A stretch of DNA of 64,000 nucleotides from an uncultured virus (IMG/VR IMGVR_UViG_3300020362_000001) (Duplodnaviria; Heunggongvirae; Uroviricota; Caudoviricetes). Positions 19,057-29,277 of this stretch are shown here, piece after piece (the stretch's first letter is position 1; each line of letters starts with the position of its first letter). The translations under genes and the position numbers were made by a program. The notes below the pieces were generated by a model. That model saw only the letters and a program-made list of their open reading frames with translations. It made no database searches and was not told the origin of the DNA. The DNA lies in IMG/VR virus record IMGVR_UViG_3300020362_000001, one strand, 5' to 3'.

Positions 19057-21072
19057 GTGGCAATTACTTTAAAACAAAGGTATACTAAGGAGTTTAATCC
19101 TAAAACCGGTGTTTTTGGAACATTATACACTAAAAATCAATTTTCCAAAGATATATCTGGTGGGGGAGCTTCTGGTCAACCTTTTATTCAAAGACCTATA
19201 CCTAGTATAGATGATGAAATAATAGGTCAATATTATAGTTTAACAACCCAAGCATTAAGTTTAGATTTCCCAATTAGAGGTGGTTCATATGAAGAAATTG
19301 CCTCAAGAGAAGACTTTGCCAGAATAGATAGATTTTTTCTTTATTATCCCCAAGGTAAAGCATTTACAGACAAATATAGAGGATTATTAAGATCCAACCC
19401 TAAAATTGAATCCGGTAGAGAACAAAACGACTCTAATACTAGAGTTTTCCCTATTGGTAATCAAGGATTAGGTAGTAGAAATTTAATTGAACAGATAGCT
19501 AGTGTAGGTACTGGATTTCATTTACCTAATGCTGGTTCTGATATTTTAAGTTTAACTGAACAAGAAGATTTATACGGTAGAATAGTAGCTCACAAACCTA
19601 CTAATGCAAATAGATTAGTTTCATTATATAATTTACATATACTACCTAGACCAACAGAGACATTTACTAAATCCAGGGAAGCTCAGGATAGTATAAGATT
19701 CTTGGGTATACAACCAGGTAGAAATGCAATAGAATTAATAAATTATGAAGGTGGACCTAATTCATTATATGGGTTAGGAAGTACTGTAATTAGAAAAGCA
19801 ACGGATAATTTAGGTGCTATAATTAATACTCAAGATGCTCCTATTTTTAGAGGTTTACCTACTACTAATTTTAAAGGAGAGGAAGTACAGGGAAGAGATT
19901 TAACTACTAATTTAAATTATCAAAAATATCAAGTAGCATCTATTGTAGCACGTGATAAAGGAATAATTACTGATGATGAAATAGGAATAGTTACACAAGG
20001 TACAGATTCATCTACAATAGATAATTTAGAACAACAATCAGGGGATACTGTTCGTTTTACTGAAAAAACTGGAAAAAAAGCAGTTGATAGAAAATTTGCT
20101 TCTACATCTAACTACGATCAATTAAAAAAATTAGGAGAACCAGGGTCATTAACTAATGCTGAAGATTATGTTCCTTCTACTAAAATAACAGATTTTAGAA
20201 CCGAAGTGGACCAACCCGGTACAGTATATAGTAGGGATTACCAAGATATAAAAATTGATAAAGCCACTAGAATAGGACTAGGTAATCCAGGTGCTAGACC
20301 CTCAAATTTAAGAAAAAAAGTTTCTGACGTATTCATAGGAGGTCAAGATAAAGTTAATTTAACAGAGATAAATACAAGAGGAACGGGTAATATAGCAGAT
20401 TTTAATTCTAGTGTAGTTGGAAGGGATAGTGAAGATGCTATGGTAAGGGATCTAATTAAATTTGGGTTTACTGTAGTTGGTAACTCTGGTGGCTTTACAA
20501 CCTTAAATTTTAGAGCATTTTTAACTGGTTATAGTGATAGTCATAATGCGGATTGGAGTTCAACTCGTTATGCAGGAAGGGGAGAAAATTTTTATAATTA
20601 TCAAGGATTTGATAGACAAGTTAATTTTAATTTTAAAGTAGCTGCTCAATCTAAGCAAGAAATGGGTCCACTTTATAGAAAATTAAATTATTTAGTATCA
20701 TCTCTTTACCCTGATTATAGTAGTCAAGGATTTATGCAAGGTAATATAGTAAAATTAACCATAGGAGATTTATTTAATCAAGAACCAGGTATTTTAGAAT
20801 CTATTAATATAACAGTTAATGATGAATATCCGTGGGAAATAGCAATGATGGAACCAGAAGGTAAATCTGATATGAAAGAAACTCCACAAATATTAGATTG
20901 TGCGGTCTCATTTAGACCTATATTAAAAACATTACCTGCATTAAATAAACCTATATTAATGAGTAAATTATATGATTCTGGTGGAGCAGGTAGAGGAGCA
21001 ACTCGAGAAGTAACCCCAGAAATTACATCAGGTAATAATAATAACTCAAATGCTTTTGCTGGTGGTTTATAA
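19057..21072 (+). CDS. Baseplate/tube-initiator-like protein (GTG start)
   Basis: C-terminal FRAFLTGYSD..W...YAGRGE.FY.YQGFDR..F.F, KLTIGD; position before LysM-like gene. Confidence 0.55.
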   Translation: MAITLKQRYTKEFNPKTGVFGTLYTKNQFSKDISGGGASGQPFIQRPIPSIDDEIIGQYYSLTTQALSLDFPIRGGSYEEIASREDFARIDRFFLYYPQGKAFTDKYRGLLRSNPKIESGREQNDSNTRVFPIGNQGLGSRNLIEQIASVGTGFHLPNAGSDILSLTEQEDLYGRIVAHKPTNANRLVSLYNLHILPRPTETFTKSREAQDSIRFLGIQPGRNAIELINYEGGPNSLYGLGSTVIRKATDNLGAIINTQDAPIFRGLPTTNFKGEEVQGRDLTTNLNYQKYQVASIVARDKGIITDDEIGIVTQGTDSSTIDNLEQQSGDTVRFTEKTGKKAVDRKFASTSNYDQLKKLGEPGSLTNAEDYVPSTKITDFRTEVDQPGTVYSRDYQDIKIDKATRIGLGNPGARPSNLRKKVSDVFIGGQDKVNLTEINTRGTGNIADFNSSVVGRDSEDAMVRDLIKFGFTVVGNSGGFTTLNFRAFLTGYSDSHNADWSSTRYAGRGENFYNYQGFDRQVNFNFKVAAQSKQEMGPLYRKLNYLVSSLYPDYSSQGFMQGNIVKLTIGDLFNQEPGILESINITVNDEYPWEIAMMEPEGKSDMKETPQILDCAVSFRPILKTLPALNKPILMSKLYDSGGAGRGATREVTPEITSGNNNNSNAFAGGL

Positions 21073-21080
21073 AATTAATT

Positions 21081-21386
21081 ATGGCTAGTAGATACGAAAA
21101 TATAGAAACACAAACTACTTTAAATGGGAGAGTAGGATACTTACCTACTTTATACCCTTCTGTTAGTTTATCCAATAATGATTTTTATATTATAACTAGA
21201 GATCAGGATAGAATGGATTTATTAGCTAATGATTTTTACGGAGATCCCACTTTATGGTGGGTAATTGCTATGGCTAATGATCTACCTGGTGATTCTATGT
21301 TTCCACCTTTAGGATTTCAATTAAGAATACCTAGTAATTCTGATAGAGCTACTAATGAATTTGATAGATTAAATTCTAATAGATAA
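21081..21386 (+). CDS. LysM-like baseplate wedge protein (gp53-like)
   Basis: DRMDLLANDFYGDPTLWWVIAMAN..G.QLRIP. Confidence 0.8.
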   Translation: MASRYENIETQTTLNGRVGYLPTLYPSVSLSNNDFYIITRDQDRMDLLANDFYGDPTLWWVIAMANDLPGDSMFPPLGFQLRIPSNSDRATNEFDRLNSNR

Positions 21387-21390
21387 TGTT

Positions 21391-23835
21391 ATGGCAAAGT
21401 ATAAAAGTATCGTAGGAGTTCCTTTTGCTTCTTATGTAAAGGATCAATTAGCTGAAAGACAAAAAATAATAAGTTCAAGAGACCGTAATTCACAACAATT
21501 AAGGTGGTTATCTAATAGAGTAGGTTGGTATAGAATGTCCTCAGGAGCTCTAGAGGATGCTACCCCAGGGGATAAATTAGCTAAACAAAATATATTACAG
21601 GGAGGAACGGTTGGTCTTAATAAAGAAAATAAAATTTCATTAAGAAAAGGATTTGATCAAACCTATATACCACAAGCAACAGATAAAGTTGGATTTAAAC
21701 CTATGGCAGGTATTACTGACTTTAGTGTTACCACTGGAGGTAGATGGCAAACTTTACTACAAGCCGAAGTTTCATTTGTGGTTTATAGTTTAGATCAATT
21801 AGATATATTTAGTAGGTTATATATGAGTTTAGGGGTACATGTTTTTTTAGAATGGGGACATACTCCTTATACACATAAAGGTAAAATACAAAATTTTTCA
21901 AATTATATAGATTTTTTTAATTTTAATAATGAAGAAGCACTTTTAAAAAAAATCCAAAAAGTAAGTAAAGATACAGGAGGTAATTATGGAGCTTTATTAG
22001 GTAGAGTTTATAATTTTGATCAACAAATTAATCCTGATGGTACTTACACTTGTAAAACTAAAATAATGGGGGCGGGGGCGATGGTTGATTCTTTAAGAAT
22101 AAATAAAACTAACGGAAAAGATTCCGACCCTACTGCATCACAAGAACCAAATAAATTTGCCTCATCCGTAGAAAATGCTCTTTGTTCTATAAAAAATGGA
22201 GTAAATTTAATAGTTAAGGAAAAAGACCTTCTAAACGTAAAAAGAGGTAGACAGAAATATCCTGAAATAACACCGGGTAATATGGTAGGTGTGGGTAGTG
22301 GAGTACAAATAAAGTATGGTGATTTCGTTGATACTGTAAATTGGTTTGATGATGCCAAAGATGATGTTTTTTATGATAAACCCTCCTATAGTCAAATATT
22401 AAATTCTATTTATGGGGATAATAGATATGAACCTTTTACTTTTGGTAATCAAACAGTTACTCCACCTGATAACGTAACTGGATTTGGTAATGCTTATCAA
22501 AGAATTTGTAATTTTGATGAGTGTGGTGACGATGGATTAGCTAAAATTAGTAATGAATTTTTTAATGCATATGTAACTACACAATCTATACCTAATTCTG
22601 AAGACCAAAATAAAACTACTTATATAACTTTAGGTCATTTATTTTGTTTAGTACAATATTTAGGTATCCCAATTGAATTAAATGGAGCTAAAGCTAGCCC
22701 TTTAATATATTTGGATTTTCATCCAGATAATACTCTTATAGCTACTGGTCCTCTGCAAGCCAGTATTGATCCTAGTGTTTGTTTAATTCCCTTTAATGGT
22801 GGTGGTAAGACATACGAAAATATGTTTGAACCACTAGATATAAAGAATAGCAAAGTAGAACCTTTTGTTGAAAAAGTAAGTAGTGCCCCTAATTCTAAAA
22901 AAAATCTTACTTCATTAAGAGGAAGTGTAGTAACTAATAGAATTGTTAATAAATTTGATGCTGGAGATGGTAAAGGTAAAATATTTAATATATTAGTTAA
23001 TATAAATTTTGCCATTAATACTTTTAAAAGACTAAGAGAATCAAATAAAGGAGAGGTAACTTTAAGACAATATTTAGATAAAATTTTAGAAGAAATAAGT
23101 AGAGCTTTAGGTAATTTTAATAAGTTAAAATTAACTTTTGTTAATGAATCAAAATGTTTAAGAGTAATTGATGAAAGAGTTTTACCTAAGGAAGATATAA
23201 ATTTACAAGAAATTATTCCTTATGGTATAGATTCAACAGCGTATGATTATTCTTTTTCTACTAAAATTTCTAAAAATTTAGCTTCCCAAATAGTAATAGC
23301 AGCACAAGGAGTTGGATCTAAGAGTAAAATTAGTGAATTTGCTGATGATGTATTAAGTTATAATAAATTAAACGGTGATATAACAACTAGATTTTCAAAA
23401 GAGATAGTCCCCGCGGATGATAAGGGGTTACAGAAAAAAAATAATGAAGCAAGAGAAGTTAATGAAAAAAGATCATTACAAAGTTTATTTGATTATCTTT
23501 ATAAAATTTATGCTGTAAATGGTAGTGTTTTAAAACAAGAAGATGCTATGGAATTAAAAACACTTTTTTGTGATAGACAAAATATTCTTCTTAAAAAAGG
23601 GGATCTTACAGTAAATCCAAATAAGAAAGATAATATTCTTATACCCTTTGAATATTCTTTAACTATAGATGGTATAACCGGAATATTACCCTATACTGCT
23701 TTTACAATCCCAGATAATAGACTTCCAAAAAGATATAGAGGTAGAGTAGCTTTTGTTATATTTTCCATAAACCATAATTTTAATAATAATAAATGGACTA
23801 CAACTTTAAGAGGACAAATGATTAATAGAGATTAA
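21391..23835 (+). CDS. Large baseplate hub-like protein
   Basis: FLEWGH; C-terminal LTIDGITG..INHNF..WTTTL; position. Confidence 0.5.
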   Translation: MAKYKSIVGVPFASYVKDQLAERQKIISSRDRNSQQLRWLSNRVGWYRMSSGALEDATPGDKLAKQNILQGGTVGLNKENKISLRKGFDQTYIPQATDKVGFKPMAGITDFSVTTGGRWQTLLQAEVSFVVYSLDQLDIFSRLYMSLGVHVFLEWGHTPYTHKGKIQNFSNYIDFFNFNNEEALLKKIQKVSKDTGGNYGALLGRVYNFDQQINPDGTYTCKTKIMGAGAMVDSLRINKTNGKDSDPTASQEPNKFASSVENALCSIKNGVNLIVKEKDLLNVKRGRQKYPEITPGNMVGVGSGVQIKYGDFVDTVNWFDDAKDDVFYDKPSYSQILNSIYGDNRYEPFTFGNQTVTPPDNVTGFGNAYQRICNFDECGDDGLAKISNEFFNAYVTTQSIPNSEDQNKTTYITLGHLFCLVQYLGIPIELNGAKASPLIYLDFHPDNTLIATGPLQASIDPSVCLIPFNGGGKTYENMFEPLDIKNSKVEPFVEKVSSAPNSKKNLTSLRGSVVTNRIVNKFDAGDGKGKIFNILVNINFAINTFKRLRESNKGEVTLRQYLDKILEEISRALGNFNKLKLTFVNESKCLRVIDERVLPKEDINLQEIIPYGIDSTAYDYSFSTKISKNLASQIVIAAQGVGSKSKISEFADDVLSYNKLNGDITTRFSKEIVPADDKGLQKKNNEAREVNEKRSLQSLFDYLYKIYAVNGSVLKQEDAMELKTLFCDRQNILLKKGDLTVNPNKKDNILIPFEYSLTIDGITGILPYTAFTIPDNRLPKRYRGRVAFVIFSINHNFNNNKWTTTLRGQMINRD

Positions 23836-23837
23836 AT

Positions 23838-24587
23838 ATGCCATATAAACCTAAAAGACTTATAAATCCTGGCCTATATGCCGTTAATAATGAATTTTTA
23901 GATAGTGAATCTGGAAAACCATATAGAGGACCTTATCATTCTACTTATGATAATCAGTTTTTTACAGGTGTGGATCCTTCCGATCCTAATAAAAGACTAT
24001 TAACACCTAATCCTGATAGAAATATTCCACCGGGCATATCTAGAAGAAATTTACCTCAAAATAATTCTTATAATAGTGTAAAGGGTGATAGAGAACCTAA
24101 TACCAATTTAAAATATGGTAGTGATCCTAAAAGTTTTACCCCTAAACCTAGTCCAGAAGATTATAGAAGGGGTAATTTTACAAGATATTTTGCTAAACGT
24201 GTTATTGAAAAACCTAATAAAATAATAGAAATATCTGAAAATGATTATGATAGTTTAATTAAAAGAGATGGTAGACTTAATTATACTACATGGAGAGTTA
24301 TTAAATTATTATGGAGAATAGTTGGTAAAAGTGCAGATGATTGTGCAAAAACAAATAAAATTACTGTAGATAGGGTTAACTCTCAATTTTTTGGTATAAA
24401 ATCATATTTAAGAAATTTAGGACAATTCCATAAAGATAGTGAGGATACTATAGAGAGTAGTCGTACATTACCTCCAGTAACAAGAAGAAGAAGAGGACGT
24501 GCTGGATTAAGAGGAGGTATTCAAAGAGTAAGATCTGGAGGAACTAGTGGAAGAGGTAGGAGTAGTCCAAGAACAAGTTTATATTAG
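23838..24587 (+). CDS. Hypothetical protein with Arg/Gly/Ser-rich C-terminal tail
   Basis: YRGPYH, DYRRGNFTRYF; tail RRRRGRAGLRGG..GRGRSSPR. Confidence 0.5.
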   Translation: MPYKPKRLINPGLYAVNNEFLDSESGKPYRGPYHSTYDNQFFTGVDPSDPNKRLLTPNPDRNIPPGISRRNLPQNNSYNSVKGDREPNTNLKYGSDPKSFTPKPSPEDYRRGNFTRYFAKRVIEKPNKIIEISENDYDSLIKRDGRLNYTTWRVIKLLWRIVGKSADDCAKTNKITVDRVNSQFFGIKSYLRNLGQFHKDSEDTIESSRTLPPVTRRRRGRAGLRGGIQRVRSGGTSGRGRSSPRTSLY

Positions 24588-24603
24588 TTATGAATAAAAG
24601 GTT

Positions 24604-25899
24604 ATGTATTATATTGTTGAAACAGAAGAACAACTAAATAGATTACATTGTTCAGGAAATAGTTGCTATATTAGTATAGTCAATATGAATAATGAATATC
24701 ATCCTGCTTTAACTTCTCCTTGTGTTATTTATTTCCGTACATTTGAGAGTAAAGGATACATATTTCCTATAAACCATTCTGAAGCATTTAAATTATCTTT
24801 TGCTAAAGTAAAAGAATGGATTGAATCTAAGTATGAAAAAATTTATACTAGAGATAAAAAAAAGTGTTTATATCACTTTGATTCCGATAAATTAATAGAT
24901 TTAAATTATGATACTGAGTTGGATTATACTACTATTTGGTCCCGTACTTTTACTAAGCATGGCAGCTTACCATTCTGTACGTCGTTGGTACCGATCCCGA
25001 AAATTTATGAACAAGAGGAAAATGGTTTTGAGGAGATTAAAGGAAAGATCCCAAAACAAGTAAACGAATTTTATAATACTACTTTCCCAACTGTATTTAA
25101 GGCCATAGAAGAACAGGGCCTAAAGGTACATCCTGATTATTTTGATAAATACTTTAAATACCATGAAAAAGAATGGTTTTATCATGGAGACACAGTGTAT
25201 ACTAAGTATAATCTATATAATCTCACCACACGACCCACTAATTCATTTAATGGCGTTAACTTCGCTGCTTTAAATAAAAATGATGGTTCTAGAACAGCAT
25301 TTATACCTAAAAATGATATGTTTTTTGAGTACGATTATGACGCTTATCACGTAAGAATACTGGCAAAGCTAATTGATTTTCCATTAGATAGGGACTCTGT
25401 CCATACCCAATTAGGACGCATGTATTTCGCTAAAGATACGTTGACTGAGGAGGAATACAATCAATCTAAAGAGTTAACATTTAAACAACTATATGGAGGT
25501 GTATTTGATAAGTATAAAGATATACCATTTTTTAAGGCAATGAATGAATATGTAGATAAATTATGGGAATTATTTAATGCTACAGGTAAATTAGAATTAA
25601 TAGGAGGTAAAATATTAGATAAAACAGAAATACAGAACCCAACACCAAATAAAATATTAAATTATATAATACAATCAGCTGAAACATATAATAATGTTGT
25701 ATCTGTAAAACAAGTAATAGAATATTTGGAGAATAAACAAAGTAAGGTTATATTATACACATATGATTCATTTCTAGTTGATTATTCTTTGGCGGATGGT
25801 AAAGAGGTTCTGGAAAAAATTAAACAATTATTTGAAGTAAATGGTTACGTTATAAAGGTTGCGTATGGCAGTAATTATAATTCTTTAAAGTATATATAA
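24604..25899 (+). CDS. Divergent, compact family A DNA polymerase-like protein
   Basis: IEEQG, TTRPTN, motif A DYDAYHVR, motif B SKELTFKQLYG, NYIIQS, motif C TYDSFL. Confidence 0.8.
   Translation: MYYIVETEEQLNRLHCSGNSCYISIVNMNNEYHPALTSPCVIYFRTFESKGYIFPINHSEAFKLSFAKVKEWIESKYEKIYTRDKKKCLYHFDSDKLIDLNYDTELDYTTIWSRTFTKHGSLPFCTSLVPIPKIYEQEENGFEEIKGKIPKQVNEFYNTTFPTVFKAIEEQGLKVHPDYFDKYFKYHEKEWFYHGDTVYTKYNLYNLTTRPTNSFNGVNFAALNKNDGSRTAFIPKNDMFFEYDYDAYHVRILAKLIDFPLDRDSVHTQLGRMYFAKDTLTEEEYNQSKELTFKQLYGGVFDKYKDIPFFKAMNEYVDKLWELFNATGKLELIGGKILDKTEIQNPTPNKILNYIIQSAETYNNVVSVKQVIEYLENKQSKVILYTYDSFLVDYSLADGKEVLEKIKQLFEVNGYVIKVAYGSNYNSLKYI
24908..25063 (+). CDS. Putative nested +1-frame membrane microprotein (51 aa)
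   Basis: MILSWIILLFGPVLLLSMAAYHSVRRWYRSRKFMNKRKMVLRRLKERSQNK; locally raised GC; AAATTATG start context. Confidence 0.5.
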   Translation: MILSWIILLFGPVLLLSMAAYHSVRRWYRSRKFMNKRKMVLRRLKERSQNK

Positions 25900-25907
25900 T
25901 ATTTATT

Positions 25908-26324
25908 ATGGATTACGAAATAAACTTTGACGATTTGGCAAATAAATTATTCTGCACATTTACCACTGAGGATGCATTAGATTCTACCGTTAATACTATA
26001 AAAGGGCAATATCAAATCTTATTTAATAAAATATTTGTCTTATATGTAGATTCAACTAAGGAATATGTGTGTACTTATAATGTTGATTCGTTCAATATGT
26101 CTGATAAAATATTAGACAACACAATATTACTACATAGAAAAAAAGAATCTAATACTCTTTATACAATTAATGCCCTAAATGATTTAATCCGATCATTAAA
26201 TAGCGGTAACCTCGATACTAGTTTTAAAGTAAATTGGCAAGATTATAAAAATTGTATTTTGCTAACTACCGGGGGTGAATTAAAAAAATTAGATACCAAA
26301 ATACATGAAATAATTAATTTTTAA
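25908..26324 (+). CDS. Hypothetical protein
   Basis: LFCTFT..HRKKESNTLYTINALN; between polA-like and SSB genes. Confidence 0.55.
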   Translation: MDYEINFDDLANKLFCTFTTEDALDSTVNTIKGQYQILFNKIFVLYVDSTKEYVCTYNVDSFNMSDKILDNTILLHRKKESNTLYTINALNDLIRSLNSGNLDTSFKVNWQDYKNCILLTTGGELKKLDTKIHEIINF

Positions 26325-26384
26325 TTTGGTTATCTAAAAATAGGTTATTACATTATTAAACGTTTCATTAAAAAGTTATAAAAA

Positions 26385-27170
26385 ATGGATTTAAATTTAA
26401 TCTCAAGCAAGTTAGAACAACTTCAGTCCACATCTGGACAAAACAAGACCCAACAAAAATTTGATAGAAGTCAATATTTTTGGAAGGCACCTATGGGTAA
26501 ATCACAAATTAGATTTGTCCCATTTAAGGAAAACAAAGAAAACCCATTTAGTGAAGTTTATTTTCACTATGGAATTGGAAGCAGAACAATGATTTCTCCT
26601 ATTAATTATGGTGAGAAAGATCCTATTGTAGAGTTTTCAAAAGAACTTCGTAAAACATCTGAACCTGAAAACTGGAGACTAGCTAAAAAGTTAGAACCAA
26701 AAATGAGAGTTTTTGCTCCTGTAGTAGTTAGAGGTGAGGAGAATAAAGGAGTACGTTTTTGGGAATTTGGAAAACAAATTTACCAAGAATTACTTAGTTA
26801 TGCTGCTGATGAAGATTACGGTGATTTTACTGATGTAGTATCAGGACTTGATATGACAGTAGAAGTAGTACAAGGTAATCCTTATCCACAAACTTCAATT
26901 AGAGTTAAACCTAAACAAACTCCATTATCAGATGATAATACATTAGTTGAAAAATGGTTAGCTGAACAGCCTGAATTATTAAAATATTATAAGAAATTTT
27001 CTTATGATGAAATGAAAACGGCACTTCAGGATTGGTTAAATCCAGAGGATACAGCTGAGGTAGATACAGATGAAACTCCTGCACCTAGTAAAGATACAGG
27101 TTATACATTAAATGTTAAGAAAAAAGAGGAGTTTAACGAGAACGAATTCGAAGATTTATTTAAAGATTAA
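26385..27170 (+). CDS. Single-stranded DNA-binding protein (gp32-like)
   Basis: IRFVP..PF.E.YFHY, RFWEFGK, acidic C-terminus; upstream of recA. Confidence 0.75.
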   Translation: MDLNLISSKLEQLQSTSGQNKTQQKFDRSQYFWKAPMGKSQIRFVPFKENKENPFSEVYFHYGIGSRTMISPINYGEKDPIVEFSKELRKTSEPENWRLAKKLEPKMRVFAPVVVRGEENKGVRFWEFGKQIYQELLSYAADEDYGDFTDVVSGLDMTVEVVQGNPYPQTSIRVKPKQTPLSDDNTLVEKWLAEQPELLKYYKKFSYDEMKTALQDWLNPEDTAEVDTDETPAPSKDTGYTLNVKKKEEFNENEFEDLFKD

Positions 27171-27174
27171 TTAG

Positions 27175-28260
27175 ATGGGTAGAAAAAAGGTTAGTCTTGG
27201 AGGTGATATCTCCAAGTCTGTAAAGGGGACATTCTCCCTTGATAAATTTAAGGCCGCAAAAGGTCTTGGAACTTCAAATAATACATTTAAAGAGCAAGAA
27301 TGGATACCATTATCTCCTGCTTGGCAAGAGATGGTATCATTACCTGGAGTTCCTCTTGGTCATATTACTTTACTACGTGGACATTCCGATACTGGAAAAA
27401 CCACCGCTCTACTAGAGGTAGCTGTTAATGCGCAAAGAATGGGTATACTGCCTGTCTTTATTATTACTGAAATGAAATGGTCCTGGGAACACGCAATCAT
27501 GATGGGCCTGAATGCAAATGTAGATAAAGACGAAGATGGAAATACCGTAGGGGTTGACGGTAATTTTATATTTGCTGACAGAGGGCAGCTACCAACAGTA
27601 GAAGCTGTAGCTAGTTTCATGGCTGATTTAATGAATGAACAGAAAAAAGGTAATTTACCTATGGATATTTGTTTCCTATGGGATTCAATTGGTTCTGTTC
27701 CATGTCAAATGTCAGTTGAGAAAGCTAAAAATAATAATGAATGGAATGCCGGTGCAATGTCAACCCAATTTGGTAATTTCATTAACCAAGAAATATTACT
27801 TTCACGTAAAGAATCTAGTCCTTATACTAATACGTTAGTTGCTATTAATAAAATATGGGTTGAAAAACCTATTGGTCCTATGCAACCACCAACTATGAAA
27901 AATAAAGGTGGTAATACAATGTTTTTTGATTCAACATTAATAGTAACCTTTGGTAACATATCTAATTCAGGTAATTTAAAAGTAAATGCTGTTAAAGATG
28001 GTAAAAAAGTAGAATGGGCTAAAAAAGTAAAAGTAGCCGTTGAAAAAAACCATATATCAGGAGTTACTACTACTGGAAAGATAATAGTTACACCTCATGG
28101 ATTTATATCTGATAATAAAAAACAGATAGATGAATATAAAAAGGATCATCAACATGAGTGGGGTGCTATTTTAGGTGAAGGGCCATTTGAAGTAGTACTA
28201 GAAGGATCTGAGGCCGAAGATTTTGAAAATGTAGAGGCATTAGATGAAGCAACTATATAA
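27175..28260 (+). CDS. uvsX: RecA/UvsX-like recombinase
   Basis: Walker A GHSDTGKTT, WDSIGS, KGG..MFF, VEKNH. Confidence 0.8.
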   Translation: MGRKKVSLGGDISKSVKGTFSLDKFKAAKGLGTSNNTFKEQEWIPLSPAWQEMVSLPGVPLGHITLLRGHSDTGKTTALLEVAVNAQRMGILPVFIITEMKWSWEHAIMMGLNANVDKDEDGNTVGVDGNFIFADRGQLPTVEAVASFMADLMNEQKKGNLPMDICFLWDSIGSVPCQMSVEKAKNNNEWNAGAMSTQFGNFINQEILLSRKESSPYTNTLVAINKIWVEKPIGPMQPPTMKNKGGNTMFFDSTLIVTFGNISNSGNLKVNAVKDGKKVEWAKKVKVAVEKNHISGVTTTGKIIVTPHGFISDNKKQIDEYKKDHQHEWGAILGEGPFEVVLEGSEAEDFENVEALDEATI

Positions 28261-29275
28261 GAACATTCTCAATAACTTGCATGAGGAGTCCAATCTCGAG
28301 CCCCTGCACTTAAATAGCAGGGTGCTCCTGGTTGATTCAATGAACACATTTCTACGTTCATTTGCAATGATTCCAGCTATAAATCCACAGGGAAATCATG
28401 TGGGAGGATTAGTTGGTTTTATGAAATCATTAGGTTATGCTATAAAATTAATAAGACCAACTAGAGTTATTTTAGTATTTGATGGTCAAGGAAATATTAC
28501 TAATCGTAGAAACACTTATGCTGATTATAAGGCAAATAGAGAAATAAAAAGAATAACTAATTATCAGGTATTTTCTACATTAGATGAGGAATCAGAATCA
28601 ATAGCCACTCAAATGATGAGGTTATTAGATTATTTAAAATGTTTACCTGTTAATATTTCCATAATTGATAAGATAGAAGCGGATGATACTATTGCTTATT
28701 TATCTAATAAATTAGAAGATGAAGTTATAATATATTCTGCGGATCAAGATTTTTTACAATTAGTAAATAATAAAGTTACCGTATTTTCACCTATAAAAAA
28801 GAAATTTTATAAACCACAAGATGTTTTTGATCAATATGGTTTATATCCTCATAATTTTATTACTATGAAATGTTTAATGGGTGATAAATCGGATAATTTA
28901 CCTGGTGTAAAAGGATTAGGCCCTAAAAAATTAATGAAATTTTTTCCTGAAATAGCAGGTAAAGAAAAATTTACATTACAAGAAGCTTATCAAAAAGCAA
29001 GTGATAAAGTAGATGAACATGGAATTTATGGTAATGTCCATTTATTTAAAAAACAATTAGAAATTAATTATGAATTAATGTGTTTGGAGGATATTCAATT
29101 AATAGAATCGGATAAAAATGAATTAGATGAGTTAATAGTTTCTTCCCCTTATAATTTTAATAAAACTAAATTTTTAAATATGTACAATAAGGATTTATTA
29201 GGAAGAGGAATTCCCAATACAGAATTTTGGTTATCTGAAGTATTTTCTTATCTTACAGCCCAGAAGTTAAAATAG
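28244..29275 (+). CDS. 5'-3' exonuclease / flap endonuclease (T4 RNase H-like)
   Basis: LLVDSMN, VFDG, YKANR, EADDTIA, SADQDFLQL, GDKSDNLPGVKGLG. Confidence 0.9.
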   Translation: MKQLYKNILNNLHEESNLEPLHLNSRVLLVDSMNTFLRSFAMIPAINPQGNHVGGLVGFMKSLGYAIKLIRPTRVILVFDGQGNITNRRNTYADYKANREIKRITNYQVFSTLDEESESIATQMMRLLDYLKCLPVNISIIDKIEADDTIAYLSNKLEDEVIIYSADQDFLQLVNNKVTVFSPIKKKFYKPQDVFDQYGLYPHNFITMKCLMGDKSDNLPGVKGLGPKKLMKFFPEIAGKEKFTLQEAYQKASDKVDEHGIYGNVHLFKKQLEINYELMCLEDIQLIESDKNELDELIVSSPYNFNKTKFLNMYNKDLLGRGIPNTEFWLSEVFSYLTAQKLK

Positions 29276-29277
29276 TT

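Noticed and set aside
27635..27838. +1-frame ORF inside recA as another nested microprotein
   Set aside because: No local codon or GC shift and weak TM character; could be chance
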